This document shows, piece by piece, positions 1 to 12,781 of a stretch of 64,000 nt of DNA. Both the position numbers and the translations under genes were made by a program. The first letter of the stretch is position 1, and every line of letters starts with the position of its first letter. Source of the DNA: Iphione sp. A-MEVVRFRX5 (Eukaryota); NCBI GenBank assembly GCA_976226885.1, contig OZ320313.1, positions 105,896,001 through 105,960,000 of the forward strand. The letters are read 5' to 3'. Under the pieces are notes generated by a model. It saw only the letters and a program-made list of their open reading frames with translations, was not told the DNA's origin and did not search any database.

Positions 1-369
1 AGCAGCAGATAAAATCATTGAAAAAAAACTGTATTTCACCGATGAAAGCAGATGCCATGGTGTATTCAGACACCAAACACGAAGACTCAATGAGGTCTCT
101 ATTTGATTATGTGATATAAAAAGAACAGTGTTTCCCCATTAGGAAAAAGAGAGAAAAACATTACTGTGAATCAGCCTTTATCGTATAAAATAAAAGACTT
201 GATGTTGCGATTAAGCCGTGACTAAGGGGGACATCATAAGGCTTATAGCTCTTTACAGTAAGTCTCATCAACGTTGCAGTTTTTATGGGCCAAAGGCCCG
301 TAATGTTATAGAAGTACTCTTCTCTCGCCTCGTGTATACATATAATATAAATTATATAAGTGTACCTAC

Positions 370-453
370 CAAGCGACTGCACTGGAGGCGGGCGTCGTCA
401 ATCTCCTTGTAGAGGGTCTCACACTCGATCTTCCTCTGTGTCACCTCGATCTC
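370..453 (-). CDS. TSPOAP1/RIMBP2: RIM-binding protein family, internal coding exon (84 nt, phase 0/0): EIEVTQRKIECETLYKEIDDARLQCSRL
   Basis: Acceptor ttacttctcgcag, donor gtaggt. Resembles the recalled vertebrate segment EARKKQRRCEELELQLRQAQNENARL (Cys in a similar position). Confidence 0.8.
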
Positions 454-3400
454 CTGCGAGAAGTAACAAGAGGCGACAGGGCGCCGGCTTTACTGGCAGC
501 TACAAAGGACCCCGCCACCGTAAACGTTACTACAGCGGCCAACGTACTCGCTGACAGGCTACACAGACCTACTGCTGCTCATCTGAGAATTACCCCTCAA
601 TCTCCTCCTCCCCTTTAAGAGAGCGTGGCTGTACATAGCGGTGGACTATTTTAAAAAGTATTTCAGAAGACCTGGAGTGCACATACCAATATGTCTACCT
701 GAGAAGACCGTTTAGTAAAATATATGCATAGACAGCGTTGCAATCCTTTATGTATACTACATCATGAAGTGAATAAACCAATCTTGTATGATGTATCTGT
801 GTAAACTGTTATCGTAAGATTCTACAAGCGCATGTGTATCAAATGTTTTTAAAGCTCGTCGTGTGTAAAATATATTTGCCATGTAACTTCAAAACTTCTT
901 CATGTACACTGATCGACCAGTGCTACAAAACTCCATGTGTCATCACCTCCTTGCAAGCCCGGGAGTCTTGAACGTCTCCCTACTGAAATATGTGCAGTGC
1001 TCTGTTCCATTAAAGGCTTCCTCGATGAAGTATACATGTGCACTATAATACCGGGTTGCAAATCTACAACGCCAAGTTAAATGGCCCACCAATAGGATAC
1101 ATGGACTACCTGTATGTAGAATCCCTGCTGCATGTCCTCACATGAGGCTGACATTCGGTAAAAGCATAGGGCTGCGTTTTTAATACTACCCCACCCACCA
1201 CCACTAGTCCACATCAACACTAGTTCAGCCTCTTCCAAAAGGAACTCAAGGAGCTCGGATCTCTTTCTCCATCGTAACTAGCTCGTCAACAGAGCCCACC
1301 CCACCCATCCCCCTACCCAACGTGTGGGCGCTTTCTGCCCCACAATGGTATACTGCCATGGGTAGATACCAGGCTGCGAGCCGTCCCCCAATGCTACCCC
1401 ACTTTTCAACATCATCTGGTGTAGTTCCTGTCATGTGCAGTGACCGATTGGCACGAGCCGTCGTCGGAGGCGGCCCTTAACCGATGGCCCGAGCGACAAG
1501 GTTTTTGTTAGGAAGAGAAAAGGGGTTGAAGTGGGTGTAAGGGTTGGTCTGTGTAGTGCTGGTAGAGGTGGTCGGTGAGCAGAAGTAAGGTCTGAATACT
1601 GAGGTGGTTTTAAGTGTGGGCGGTAGGGATGGCTGCTGTCTGTATAGAGGGGCATTGTGTTAATTTGGAGAGGACCAGTCGACGCAAGCATAGCAGTTTT
1701 AGTGGTGGTAAGGATAAGTTGATTCTTACGTTCACAGATCCCCTCATCATCACCAGATTGTCTTAACGCAAGAACTAGCCGTTACAAAGATACGGTGGAT
1801 ACCCGCTTAAAGACCAAATCACAATGGGGACCAAACTGGGGGAAAGACTAATATTTCTAAGACGAAATCGTGGGAGAGACCAAAATCGACCCGTCCCAAG
1901 CACCGTTTCTTGAGCGAGTTTCAATTGTATATTGATAATCTATTCAATTTCGGTATTTACGATCTTAAAAATAAACCTGCTTCAACGGCTCAAAGAGAAA
2001 AAGAAGTTTGTGTGTATTGCACAGGTTTAGAATTCTTACTTTTAGAGAGGGAAAGGTCCAGAGTATTCAAATACGCAACTGGATGTTTTGAAAGACACGT
2101 GGTGAGAGTGACGAAATCCTCAGTTCCAGAATCGGAGCCACGGGAAGGCGGTGTGAATTCTATCGGGTGGAGGTGTGACTGAGGGAGCTTAGGTGTTAAA
2201 GACAGTGGAGGCTAGTTGACAGGGAAGGTAGCATAGAAAATGAGGAGGGCCCTGTAGTGGTGTTGGTGAGCGCGGGTCGGGGTGATAACTAAGGATAAAG
2301 AGATCTGTACTGGAAAGTACGGGGGGATGGTGTTAAGTGTAATAGGTTTGCTCGAAGGAGGTAGGGTGCTTCTATGTCACTGGGGGCAAGTTTTTTTTTG
2401 CTTTTGCGGGGTGTTATGCAAGCTATATATAGTTTGCACAAGTAAAAAATAGCAACCATAGGGGAGGGGGTGTCATGGTGTGGATCGAGCAGGCGACCAA
2501 GTCCAACCCTACCAGTCGATATATTGACCCCACTAGCAACGAGTTGGCCAAGCCCCAGTTAAACCCTCCTCTCATGCCGGGGATAACTCCATCACTGCTG
2601 CATACTGCCAGCTCACCGACCGCCGCCACTCAAGGTGGTATAAGCCGGTTATACTGGCTAATTTACTCCAATCAATTAAATGCTTGCCCTTTTTTGAATA
2701 CCTCCACCCGCCCCGTCTATCGTATGATAGTAGTTGGCTGGCTGTATGACGCTCAACATAAAGAACACACAAACTCCTAGAAATGTGCCAACCTCTCCCT
2801 CCCTGTACTTAAGGCAGTTGCTGCTGATGGGGCTCTGTGTGATAGAAACTATGGGCAATCTATATCGGCATGGCTCGATGGGCATTGGGGCGGCACGGCC
2901 GAGTTAGCACAAGTCTGCGGGCGTGAAATACATTAATTCCGTTTGTTAAGGAAAATAGGTCTACTACATGCCATGCATCAGAACACGCTTACGTGCATGC
3001 ACACAAATATTATCAATGTGCGCACACAACGAAGTAATACATTGAGAAACATTTATACTTGCACCACTCAAGATGCTTGGATTGTGCTAACTTACACATT
3101 CACACAGAAATTTAAATCCAAACATGTGGCTATATTTTTTGTTGTATGGACCAAATGCAGCAACCTTGTTATCTTTTGCGACTCTCCCCCGTCACTTACA
3201 GACTAAGACTGACGTGAACCCCCCCCCCCCACCTCATCCTGCCATTAGCCAAACCTGCTTTTAACCAAAGCACCCACTTCTCTCCCCAACTGACAAAGGG
3301 TAGGCGCTAGCTCTTTCCCTATCGCCGTCTTCTTCTGGGAGCCGAATATCTGTCCGTTGCAATTGTTGCTGCACAGGTCTTCTTCTCTTGTGCTTCCCCT

Positions 3401-5399
3401 TCTAGGCAGCGCTGGTATCCCTGGAAATAGGATCTCGGCCTGGTGCCTTGAAGGAATACAGAGGAGATGTATAATTCCAAAAGGGTTTGTGCCACTGCAG
3501 CTGTTGCCCTAAAGAGGTAGAGTGATCACTGTTGAGTGTTGTGTTCATGGACCAATCTGTATCATTCACACTAGCGTAATAGCCTCTCTCTTGGGCGGAG
3601 ATTTCAGGGTCAGAGTGTGAGCCTTACTCTGCCTATCCGCCTGTCATATACATGTCCCTTCTGTGGCTGGTAAAAGAGGCCCTCTCCACTGCCATCAGCT
3701 AAACCGCAGTGCTCTCCGCAATGAGCACCTCAGAGGCAACACATGCTACACTGGCTGTGCACCGTAAACCACTTAGCGATAAATTATCAAATCACACACT
3801 CAAACAATCCACAAATCCCTGAAGACCCATACAACCCAACCACACGTCTGACGGTGGCTACCTCAGTTCCGGAGTACAGATGACCACCACTTTTGAAACA
3901 GAATCAATCGCCAGACTAGTCCATATGAATTTTGAATTAGTTCCACTAAAAACAACTTTGCCACCCAAATATTGAAAATGAACCATGGAGGTGCGCTGGG
4001 AGTGTTAGGAACCCAGGCGCAATTTCCTCGCTGGGCAGGAGCATGAATTATGCATTGGGAGTAGTCAACACCCAGCACTGAGCTCTCTGTCTGGGGGCAT
4101 AGGGGCAGCCGATAGATCTGGGCGTGGGATGGCCACCGTCTCTTTCTTCGTGATACATATTTCATGGCTCGGTTGATATGGTGGACTTCACAAGCTACAT
4201 GCTCAAATAACCACCCGTACCAGGCAATGTTTTTCCGAAATGACGGAACAAAGGGAAGGTTTTGTCCTGAGATTTTTTGCAGTTTTCTTTGTAGCAGCAG
4301 AGGAAACTACACGTATCGATAATGAAGAGCACGTGAACTGACAAACAGTTAAATTAGTGCTTTGTGCTATTTAGAGAACTGTGAAAAAACTGAACATAAA
4401 CCGTCACCCACTGTCATTTGTTGGCATTTGATAACATTCAAAATATAGCTAATCCAACCAGCTTCTGATGTGGTCATAAATGGCAAAAAAGTTTCTCTTT
4501 CATCTTGGACTGACCCTTGTTCTCTTCCAATTTGAACAAGATTGCATTTTTACCGGCTCAACAACAATGACAAACATTTCTTCATATGCTATTCTACAGA
4601 GGTTTCTCCTCGCAGCTTACCTTTCAGAAGATCTGGGTTCTGCTGCAGTATTCTCACACTGTAGGATAAGCCGATTCTCTCCTACTCTATCTAGTGTCAT
4701 ACCCATTGAGCAAATTACTGCAATATGGCCGGCTGGGACTTCCTTTAAACACAATTGCGATTGCTCTCCACATATGTAAATTGTTCAGTATATCATAAGG
4801 GGCTGCTTCGAGTCGAGTGAGCCATTTACCAGTGGGGTTTCAGAGTGCCTCATTTTTTAAATAAACATCTCACTATCTCTACCCATAACTCTATATATAA
4901 CTGCGCTGCACAACAGCCCTATGTACTTACCTCAGGCTCACATAAATGATCTGTTACTTTGATATTGTAGCCTAACACACCTTGTCATGAATGTCCATCG
5001 TCTTACATTGTACATGATTCAGAAATTCGTTTTTTTTTGGATGATAACTCTGCCCATCACAAAATCGGACATACGTACACTTCCAGCATAGAAAAGCTGA
5101 AGGTTGTCTAGGCCTCAGACAGTCATTCTCAAGGCCCACAAATTTAAAACTACTGGACAAAATATAACCAAACATACAGCAAGTGACCTTTGATATATTT
5201 TCTCTACGCATATAATTTTTTAAATAATTCTTCCTGTATTATGTCCGAAAGATATCCATAGGTATTACTGACATCACTGCTAGATATCTCTGGTTATCTG
5301 TGGTTTTAATTCAAACCCTCGTTGACAGCTACATTTGCATTGGTTAATTCAACCGTCATGTCAAGCGATTGGTGAATAAGTTACAGTTCTCCATGCATA

Positions 5400-5850
5400 C
5401 TCCATCAATTCATCCCTAGAAAGGCTCTTTCTTCTCTTGACCATCAACCACTATTCAGTGCTCTGACATAGAAACAATCTTTCCTGAGCTTCTCCTTTCA
5501 CAAACTCACTCTTCGGGAATAGCTGCATTCTGCCTGTTGCGTCTTAATTGGTTGCACAAATTTTATACGTTGGCAGAGGTATCTCTCACCCGCCAAACTC
5601 AATTGGTTCCATACGAATAAAAGTTGCCACTGAATGACATCCAGTACTTGATACACACTTTTTGCCTTATTGAGTTAGACTAAACTGACACTGGTATATT
5701 TTCAACATAAAACTTGAGTTACTTACATGAAACAAATGCCATTTTTCAAAATTTAGGAAAGACGTGTACACACTGTGATATGATTCCCTTCAATTTCCTT
5801 GCCATTTCACGATTAAGTTCAGAAACCGTGAACAACAATGTTTCTGTTCA
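5400..5850 (-). mobile_element. Decayed hAT-superfamily transposase fragment
   Basis: Minus strand reads HCCSRFLNLIVK (about 5806-5841), like the hAT CxxHxLNLIV motif, with a CAC codon one base out of frame. About 68 codons downstream it reads WNQLSLAGERYLCQR (about 5567-5611), like the hAT RWNSxxxMLERxLEQ motif with similar spacing. Multiple stops and frameshifts; no TIRs found. Confidence 0.4.
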
Positions 5851-6093
5851 CAAAAAATATTAAAAAGGCTGTATTTGGAATAGAGTTGAGTAGAAAATAT
5901 CTAGAGTGCAGAACTCTAGAAAAGAGTACCGATTATCAAGTCTAATATCATGTATAGCTATCAACAGTTCTTTTGTCACTATCGTTATCTATCATTGAAC
6001 TAACGTTGTTGTTTGCAGAGAGACAGCAAAGGATTGCCATAAATATAGGAAACAGAGAGGCTAGGAAAACCACACCAGGAATCAGCCACTTAC

Positions 6094-6204
6094 CAATTTT
6101 TCTGTGTGCTGGAGGGCCTGGGAAAGCTTGTGTATCTCCCCCTGGAGGGCAATATTGGTTTCCTCCAGGGCACGCATCTGCTCAGCGTCATTCTGTTGCT
6201 TGAG
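6094..6204 (-). CDS. TSPOAP1/RIMBP2: RIM-binding protein family, internal coding exon (111 nt, phase 0/0): LKQQNDAEQMRALEETNIALQGEIHKLSQALQHTEKL
   Basis: Acceptor acacttgcag, donor gtaagt. Open 37-codon coiled-coil frame in a GC-richer patch within AT-rich flanks. Not in the ORF track because it has no start codon. Confidence 0.8.
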
Positions 6205-7176
6205 CTGCAAGTGTCAGTGGTATGTGGTAATGTAGTACAGGCTAGATGATGGGGATATCGATATGTAAGTCAAACTAAAGCGGACATAAAGAAACATGAA
6301 GCAATCGTGAACACATTTCCTCAATGCTAAATCCCCGTGAGTGTTTTGTCTGAAAAAAAACATTGAATTACAAATGCCTGGAGGAGTTCAGCATTATGGA
6401 ATAAAATCTGTATACGTTTGTAATAGTCAGCTGGATACTTTATATGGTCATACAACACAATGTTTTTTTTGCTATTTCTGATCTGTTAATTACATGTACA
6501 TGCGATCTCATATAAAGACTTAGTTTTGCCATTCACAGGAGCTACTCTAGGAAACTATACAACATTAAATGAGGGCAATAAAACGGTTCAAACAGTAGAT
6601 AGGTTTGTAGAACAAATTTCAACATGCGTCACATGAAGACAATATCAAACATTGATTAATGCATTAAGTATCTGCCCTGTAACCTAACTATAAAGATATA
6701 AAAAGTATGGAAATTAGAAACGTTTCCAGGATATATTTTTGAATGTAAATTTTCCCACACAACAAGTTCGTACAGGAAAAGCCAGAATATCTGTAAAACA
6801 CAAGTAAAGGAATAAATGGAAAGGTACAATAAAACTGGCTCAAAAACTAACAGAATTTATTGCCAGACTTTGCGCCAGACCAGTTTTATAAAGTATGTTT
6901 CCAAACTGCGTCATATATCGACTTTGTCTAGCTATCTAGCGCGGTTCCATTCCCAACAGTGTTTGAAGACCTCTGGGGATATTTTCCCCAGTATTGCCCC
7001 GACATATAGAGACCGATGAGAGTTGAAGAGAAATATATGAGGTATGAGGGAAAACACTTTCGGGACGATATGAAATACGACTTTATGAGAGGACACAAAC
7101 AACCTATTGTAAGGAATCGATAGCAGATGGCTTGTGGTCACTGTATTTTTACTTTCTGGGGTCATGCTATCGCAGA

Positions 7177-7306
7177 NNNNNNNNNNNNNNNNNNNNNNNN
7201 NNNNNNNNNNNNNNNNNNNNNNNNNNNNNNNNNNNNNNNNNNNNNNNNNNNNNNNNNNNNNNNNNNNNNNNNNNNNNNNNNNNNNNNNNNNNNNNNNNNN
7301 NNNNNN
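7177..7306. other. Assembly gap (130 N)
   Basis: Run of n characters; ORFs crossing it are artefacts. Confidence 1.
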
Positions 7307-7473
7307 GGAATGGAATGATCCAGAGAGAGGAGTAAAGAGGGAGTTGGGTAATGACTGAGAGAGGGGAAGTATATAAAGAGAAGAAAGCGTTCTTCCGACA
7401 AATGGTTCTATTGGCATCGATGTTCCGCGGCAACTCCATCCATCATAAATCCCCTAGTGGTCGTAGTGAGGCG

Positions 7474-7491
7474 CTGCCACTAGAGGGCAGC
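7474..7491 (+). promoter_or_regulatory. CTCF-like motif (ctgccactagagggcagc)
   Basis: Close match to the bilaterian CTCF core CCASYAGRKGGCRS. Motif match only; no binding data. Confidence 0.5.
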
Positions 7492-10400
7492 TCCAGACAG
7501 GCGCCACGCCCGCGAGGCCCCCTGGCGTTTTCCATTCAAACTAAGAACGCCAGGAAGGCGTCTTGTAACGTCTCCTGGCGTCCCTTTAGCGTCTCCTGGG
7601 AATCGGTATGTCACTCGTATGTGTGGCCGCCCAAACGTAAGCTCTGGACTAGTAATCGATGAAAGTGAAGTTGGCCTGGGTCCGTTGCACGTTGTTCTCT
7701 CGCCCGATTTAGCCCTTGTAAACTATGTAATGTGATTGTGTTGATGGCAAACTGTTGCTACACAGTAGGAGGCGTCCGGTGATAGAGCGGCGCAGAAGCC
7801 TCCCCCCACCCCAGCCGAGGACAAATCGATCAGAACTTACAATGCAGTGATTCTAGATGGGATATGTTGAGCAGCTCGTCGGGGCTTTAGTAGCTGACTA
7901 CAAGCTGCTCCGAGATGCTCATATGTTCTGACTGCCGGCGGCCGAAAGGGAAGCCGATTGCATTGCTCGCATTCCCACCCGCAGACTTCTTCCGTCTCTC
8001 CCCCCTTCCCACTGCCCACCTCAAAGCCCTTCCGTCCCCCGCACACACAGCCGCACCAATCATCAGCATCCCCGTCCTCACTCCCACCCGCCATCCATTT
8101 CCATCCACTTCACCCCCTACCCCCCTCTGCCAATAATACACCGAGCTACAGGCGGGGCGTCTGCGAAGAATCAAGTTGCTCAATACTGACCGTCGGCTAA
8201 TAGCAAAGATCAGATGACAGAATTACTCGGGAAATCCCCATCCGCTATTTGTCTCTCCTTCGCCCTAGATTCACTTGTGTGATCGTACATGAGAAACTCT
8301 TGAAATGGAGTAGGTCTTTTTTCTCCCCAGGTACAGATGGAACAACCTTCCTGATAGGACCCCCTTTGTGTGAAACATGCTCTTAAAAGTGACGATTCGT
8401 TCACTTTGACGACAACGAAAAATAATACAGTCAACGGCCTATAGTTCTTCCGTGAGATGCCGTAATCAATGGGTTGGGTAAAAAGGGTAACAATACACTC
8501 CGCTGCAATTTGAAAACATAATCTATTAAAATGGCTCTAACAATAGGTGAGACTACTGAAATTATTTATCGATCCTCGCATTGCACTATAGTTAATTTGA
8601 AACCCCCTGTGAATAATGAAGACAAATAATGGTCTTTCGATTTCAAACTTTAACAGCTTAACAGCGTCGATATAATTTATGTGGGAAGGCTTTCTTCATC
8701 AATTTTCTGTAAACTTTTGGATGGAACTGTTTATTTATGAATGGGCAGCTTTTTCATTTAACTCACTGTCATTCGATAACGATAATAACAAGGTTCCCCT
8801 GTAATTCAAATTTCCTTGTAATTATCGGTAGGATCCAGTTAACATAGATCAAGCTAAACAGGCGAAAAATAAGCAGAAAGGATTTCGGAAATCCATTGGC
8901 AATAACTGTTAAATATGCGTCAGTGAGCTATCTGTGATGCAGTTCTAGCCTCAATAAGACAGAAAACGATTCTCAATACAGTAGCAACTCACTTTGTGAG
9001 CATCTCGACTAGGAGTGCAACTCAGAGTTAAGGACATATTTGGAAGGTTGTGATGGTTTATTTTACATAATACAACGAAACAAAGTAGAAGGGCAACTCA
9101 AAGTAATGAACAGAAGGGTCTGGTTCAGTTGTAACTCTCCTTCCTCGTCCGTGAAATTTATACCCTGTGGCAAACCTCCCACTATTATACTTCTCACTGC
9201 CCGACCCGCGGAGAAGTGCAACGATTCAGTATACTACTATCTAATAGCTTGCCGCACTCTTGGGCGCTGGGTTGAGGAGCGGGGCGAATATTTATCTCCT
9301 GTTGCACAGGCCCCATCAACTGGTATTTCTTCTGCCGCTCTTAAACTATGGAGGAGGCAGTTTCCAGGGATACCACGAGAGGGATACCAATCAGCCCTGG
9401 AGACTCCAGTTGTCGCCGCCGGTTGGGTGGGCGGGGGTGAATATGAGTACCTTGTCACTAGGGAGAGCGTAACCCTTTATGTGCATATGGTTTGTGTTAG
9501 CAGTGGCGGCGGCAGCGGCGGGGGTGTGCCGAGCGTGAATGGTATATGGAGAGAGATGTGAGGCGTAGCGCGGAGGACTGCGGGGACGGCGTGCGCCGTG
9601 TATAGGGAGGGCCCTGTCGCCCGATGGAGGAATGGCGTGCCCTACGTCCTGGGCAGAACCGGGCTGAGAAAGACCCGCTAATGGCGGCCTAGGTTCTATG
9701 GCTGGCTACTTCTGCATACTACCGACACAGCCGGGAGGTACGGAAAGTTGTGATGGTTTGAGGGGGAGGAGGCGAGTTAGAGTGCAGAAGGGGTGGCAAG
9801 GAAGGCGTGGGAAGTGGTCACCACCTGGGTGATCGCATAATCTGGAAGTAGTTTGAGATGGACGGGCAGAGACACAGTGGTAAGGACATCGCGTGAGTGC
9901 AATCGGTGCGCCCCGGGTTAATTGCCACTGTTACCAATAGGATGATGCAGAAATGAATATACAAGCGATGTTAGGACAAGTCTGGCAATCCGATAAAGTA
10001 GGTTCTAGAATGCTAAGCAGTGAAAATCTTATACTTTTGTGAACCAACAGCTGCGAAAGGTCCAGGGGCAGATAATAATAAAGTTAAATACAGGAAACCT
10101 AACATGATGTTGCATAAAAATAAATATAAATCGATGCAGAACCATATTTTACTGTTATCTTGTTGGGCGGGTAAGTTAATCATTCTTTGTTCTATCCCAA
10201 TGTTGTCCCAATCTATCAGACCCATCATTCGATGCCATGCTTAAATACTCGAGTATAATACTGCTTAATGTACAATTGACTTGGTTCTGGGTTTCGTGTA
10301 CACATGCATACATTCGAAGGATATGAGAAGTCAGGTAGAGGTCAGGCATGAAAAGAAATTAGGCTAAGACCAACAAGCTTCCGTTATCAAGAGATTCCTC

Positions 10401-12767
10401 ATGAGCTACTCGGTTGAAGTGAACATAAGTGAACTTGAGTTGCTCAAGGGGGTGATGCCGACCTAGGCCGTGCTTACTGATCGGCTGCTCACAGCAGCTC
10501 TCAGACACTACGAGTCATATGCTTTCTAATAGTTTACCAGTGGGTGAGTAGGGGCGACCCCAGGTGGCCAGGTGAGGAAGCAATTCACGATCGAGCTAGG
10601 TGGTGTACACATATTACCAGTGATGGGTACGTTGTCTGTGGCCGTTTTGTATACCAGTAATACAAGAGAGTAGCTCTTTGTGGGAAGGTTACGTTGTATG
10701 TGGCTATTCTGTATACCAGTCAATCAACAGAGGAACTCCTTGTGCAAAATGGGCACAATGTATGTGTTTAATTGTGTGTATGTTTGTTCGCCAGCTAGTC
10801 GTTCATTATTAGTTCTAATTGGATTGGGCAGGATGGAGCTGAAGAACCATTCTAGTGAGGAAAATTAAATCAACCCCACGAACCCTCACAGGTCTATTAA
10901 TCACTACTGGATTTTACATACTAGATTTCTATTGACTGTTCACAACTCCCTTCAAGGTGATGATGGTTACAGGTAAACTAACATAAGCACATGTACGTAA
11001 ACATGAATTTGGACTTGTTTGAGCAAATGAATTTATGCCGTATGGATGAATAACACCTACTCGAAGCAAATGCACGTATATTAATATGTGTATGTGCCTG
11101 TCTGATAGATATCACACAACTTCGTGGACGCGCGAGACGCTAAAAGGTCCAAGATTCTCGCCCTTCTGAATGTCAATACATATAACCGTATCAGTGTGCA
11201 TCGACTTGTCGTTCGTCGGTGGATTACGTATGTGCTGACTCGCTGAGAAATCTGAACTGGATTGACATGTCTGTCAGAGCCTGGTCAGCATGATTGGAGT
11301 GCGTGTTGTATTTGATGCGGTAACAGTTACGGGGTAGAATGCCACCGAACACAATACGGTTTGCACATGGAAAACAAGCTACACAGTACAAGTATAACAC
11401 TAGTTACAACTCGAACAGACTTTTTTTACAAATTCAGCGCATGCTCTCTATGCTGAAGACCCGTTTAACAGTGAGATAAGAGGACGAGAAGACAATGATG
11501 GCATGCAGTACACGAGAGTACAACTATATCACTAGTAGAAAGCTGGGATGCCCAATGTTACCTTGTTGAAGAGGTTATTGAACCCAATGACCGGGGTTTT
11601 CGCTGAGTACATAGTGCTGGTTTCGCGGTGTTAGCAGCGTCGTCGAGATACAGTGGCGGCTGTAGAACCTGGCCTAACACCTGCTCTCAGGTGCTCGAGA
11701 AGGGGAAGGGACGAGAGGCGGGTTGGCTTTTTTTGGCGGGAGCCCGCTTAACGAGAGGCCGGGCGCCGTGACGTTGTACTCCGATGACCGGCGCCACCAG
11801 CCCGCTCCGCCAAGCCGACCCTTCTCCCGCCCCTACCCAACCTCCCTCCCCCGCCGGCCCCTCAAACAAATCCTCTTCTGGGTTTCTAACCCTCTTTACT
11901 GCTACCCAGTGCTGTTAAAATCCTTTATTGTTAGTCCACTAAAGGGTGTATTCCGCGGGTGAAGAAGTCCCGGTGTAATTATCAGCGCATCTTCTGGTTC
12001 GGGCCTTGGGCTGGGCTACATCTCCCCGATCCCGTCACTCCTGTCACTGAGTGGCTCAGTCTCCCTCTCTCCGCGTGCCGCGCGCGCGACGCGGACCCGG
12101 CAAATGTCAGCGTCGCCCGGTGTCGTCCAGGGCGTCTGGGACCCCCATAGTGTCTGCTGCCCGCCCAAACGCCCGCTTTACACGTTCTCCGCCAGACGGC
12201 GCCTCAGTTGCCCATCGAAGGCGGCGGCGGTGGCGGCAGCGGTGGTGGCAGCGATGCACGTGAAGCCTCTTCTCCCTACTGCTCAGACTTCTCAATCTCC
12301 CGCACCTGCTACTGCTGGTCCTGCTGCTGCTGCTGCGGCTGCCGAGTAGGTTCATACTCCACTAAGAGAAGCAAAATGTCATTCCGGCGCTGGGCTTTCT
12401 GGTTATAATTGGCGAGCAAGGAGGAGATGGGAAAGGCCGATGCCCCTTGCTGCCTTCAGTTCCAAGTTTACTCGATTACCGCCTAAATCCGGAGTCGAGG
12501 GGACTATATATAGGAGTGAGCTGCTCGATTCGTCCGCCGTGGCGGCGGCAGCGGCGAGCAGCGCAATGAAAGGTGTCCTCAGTGACTTTACTGCTCTCCT
12601 ACTGCTCTTTCTTCTCCTCCGTTCTGTCAGTCTTAGAGCACAGAGTCAACAGAACACATCGCTTTTCTCACTGGGCGCTTGTGTTAAAGTATTCTATCCG
12701 ACTATGGGTGAACAACATAGATGTACTGGTCATGGGCACTCATCCTTGAACAATGACACACGGACGG

Positions 12768-12781
12768 GTATCCATGGCAAC
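12768..12781 (+). promoter_or_regulatory. RFX X-box (gtatccatggcaac)
   Basis: Matches GTNNCCATGGNAAC; a second X-box-like site gtacccatgggcaac lies at 13009-13023. Confidence 0.35.

Noticed and set aside
6932-7439. Long ORFs spanning the N run
   Set aside because: Artefacts of the assembly gap.
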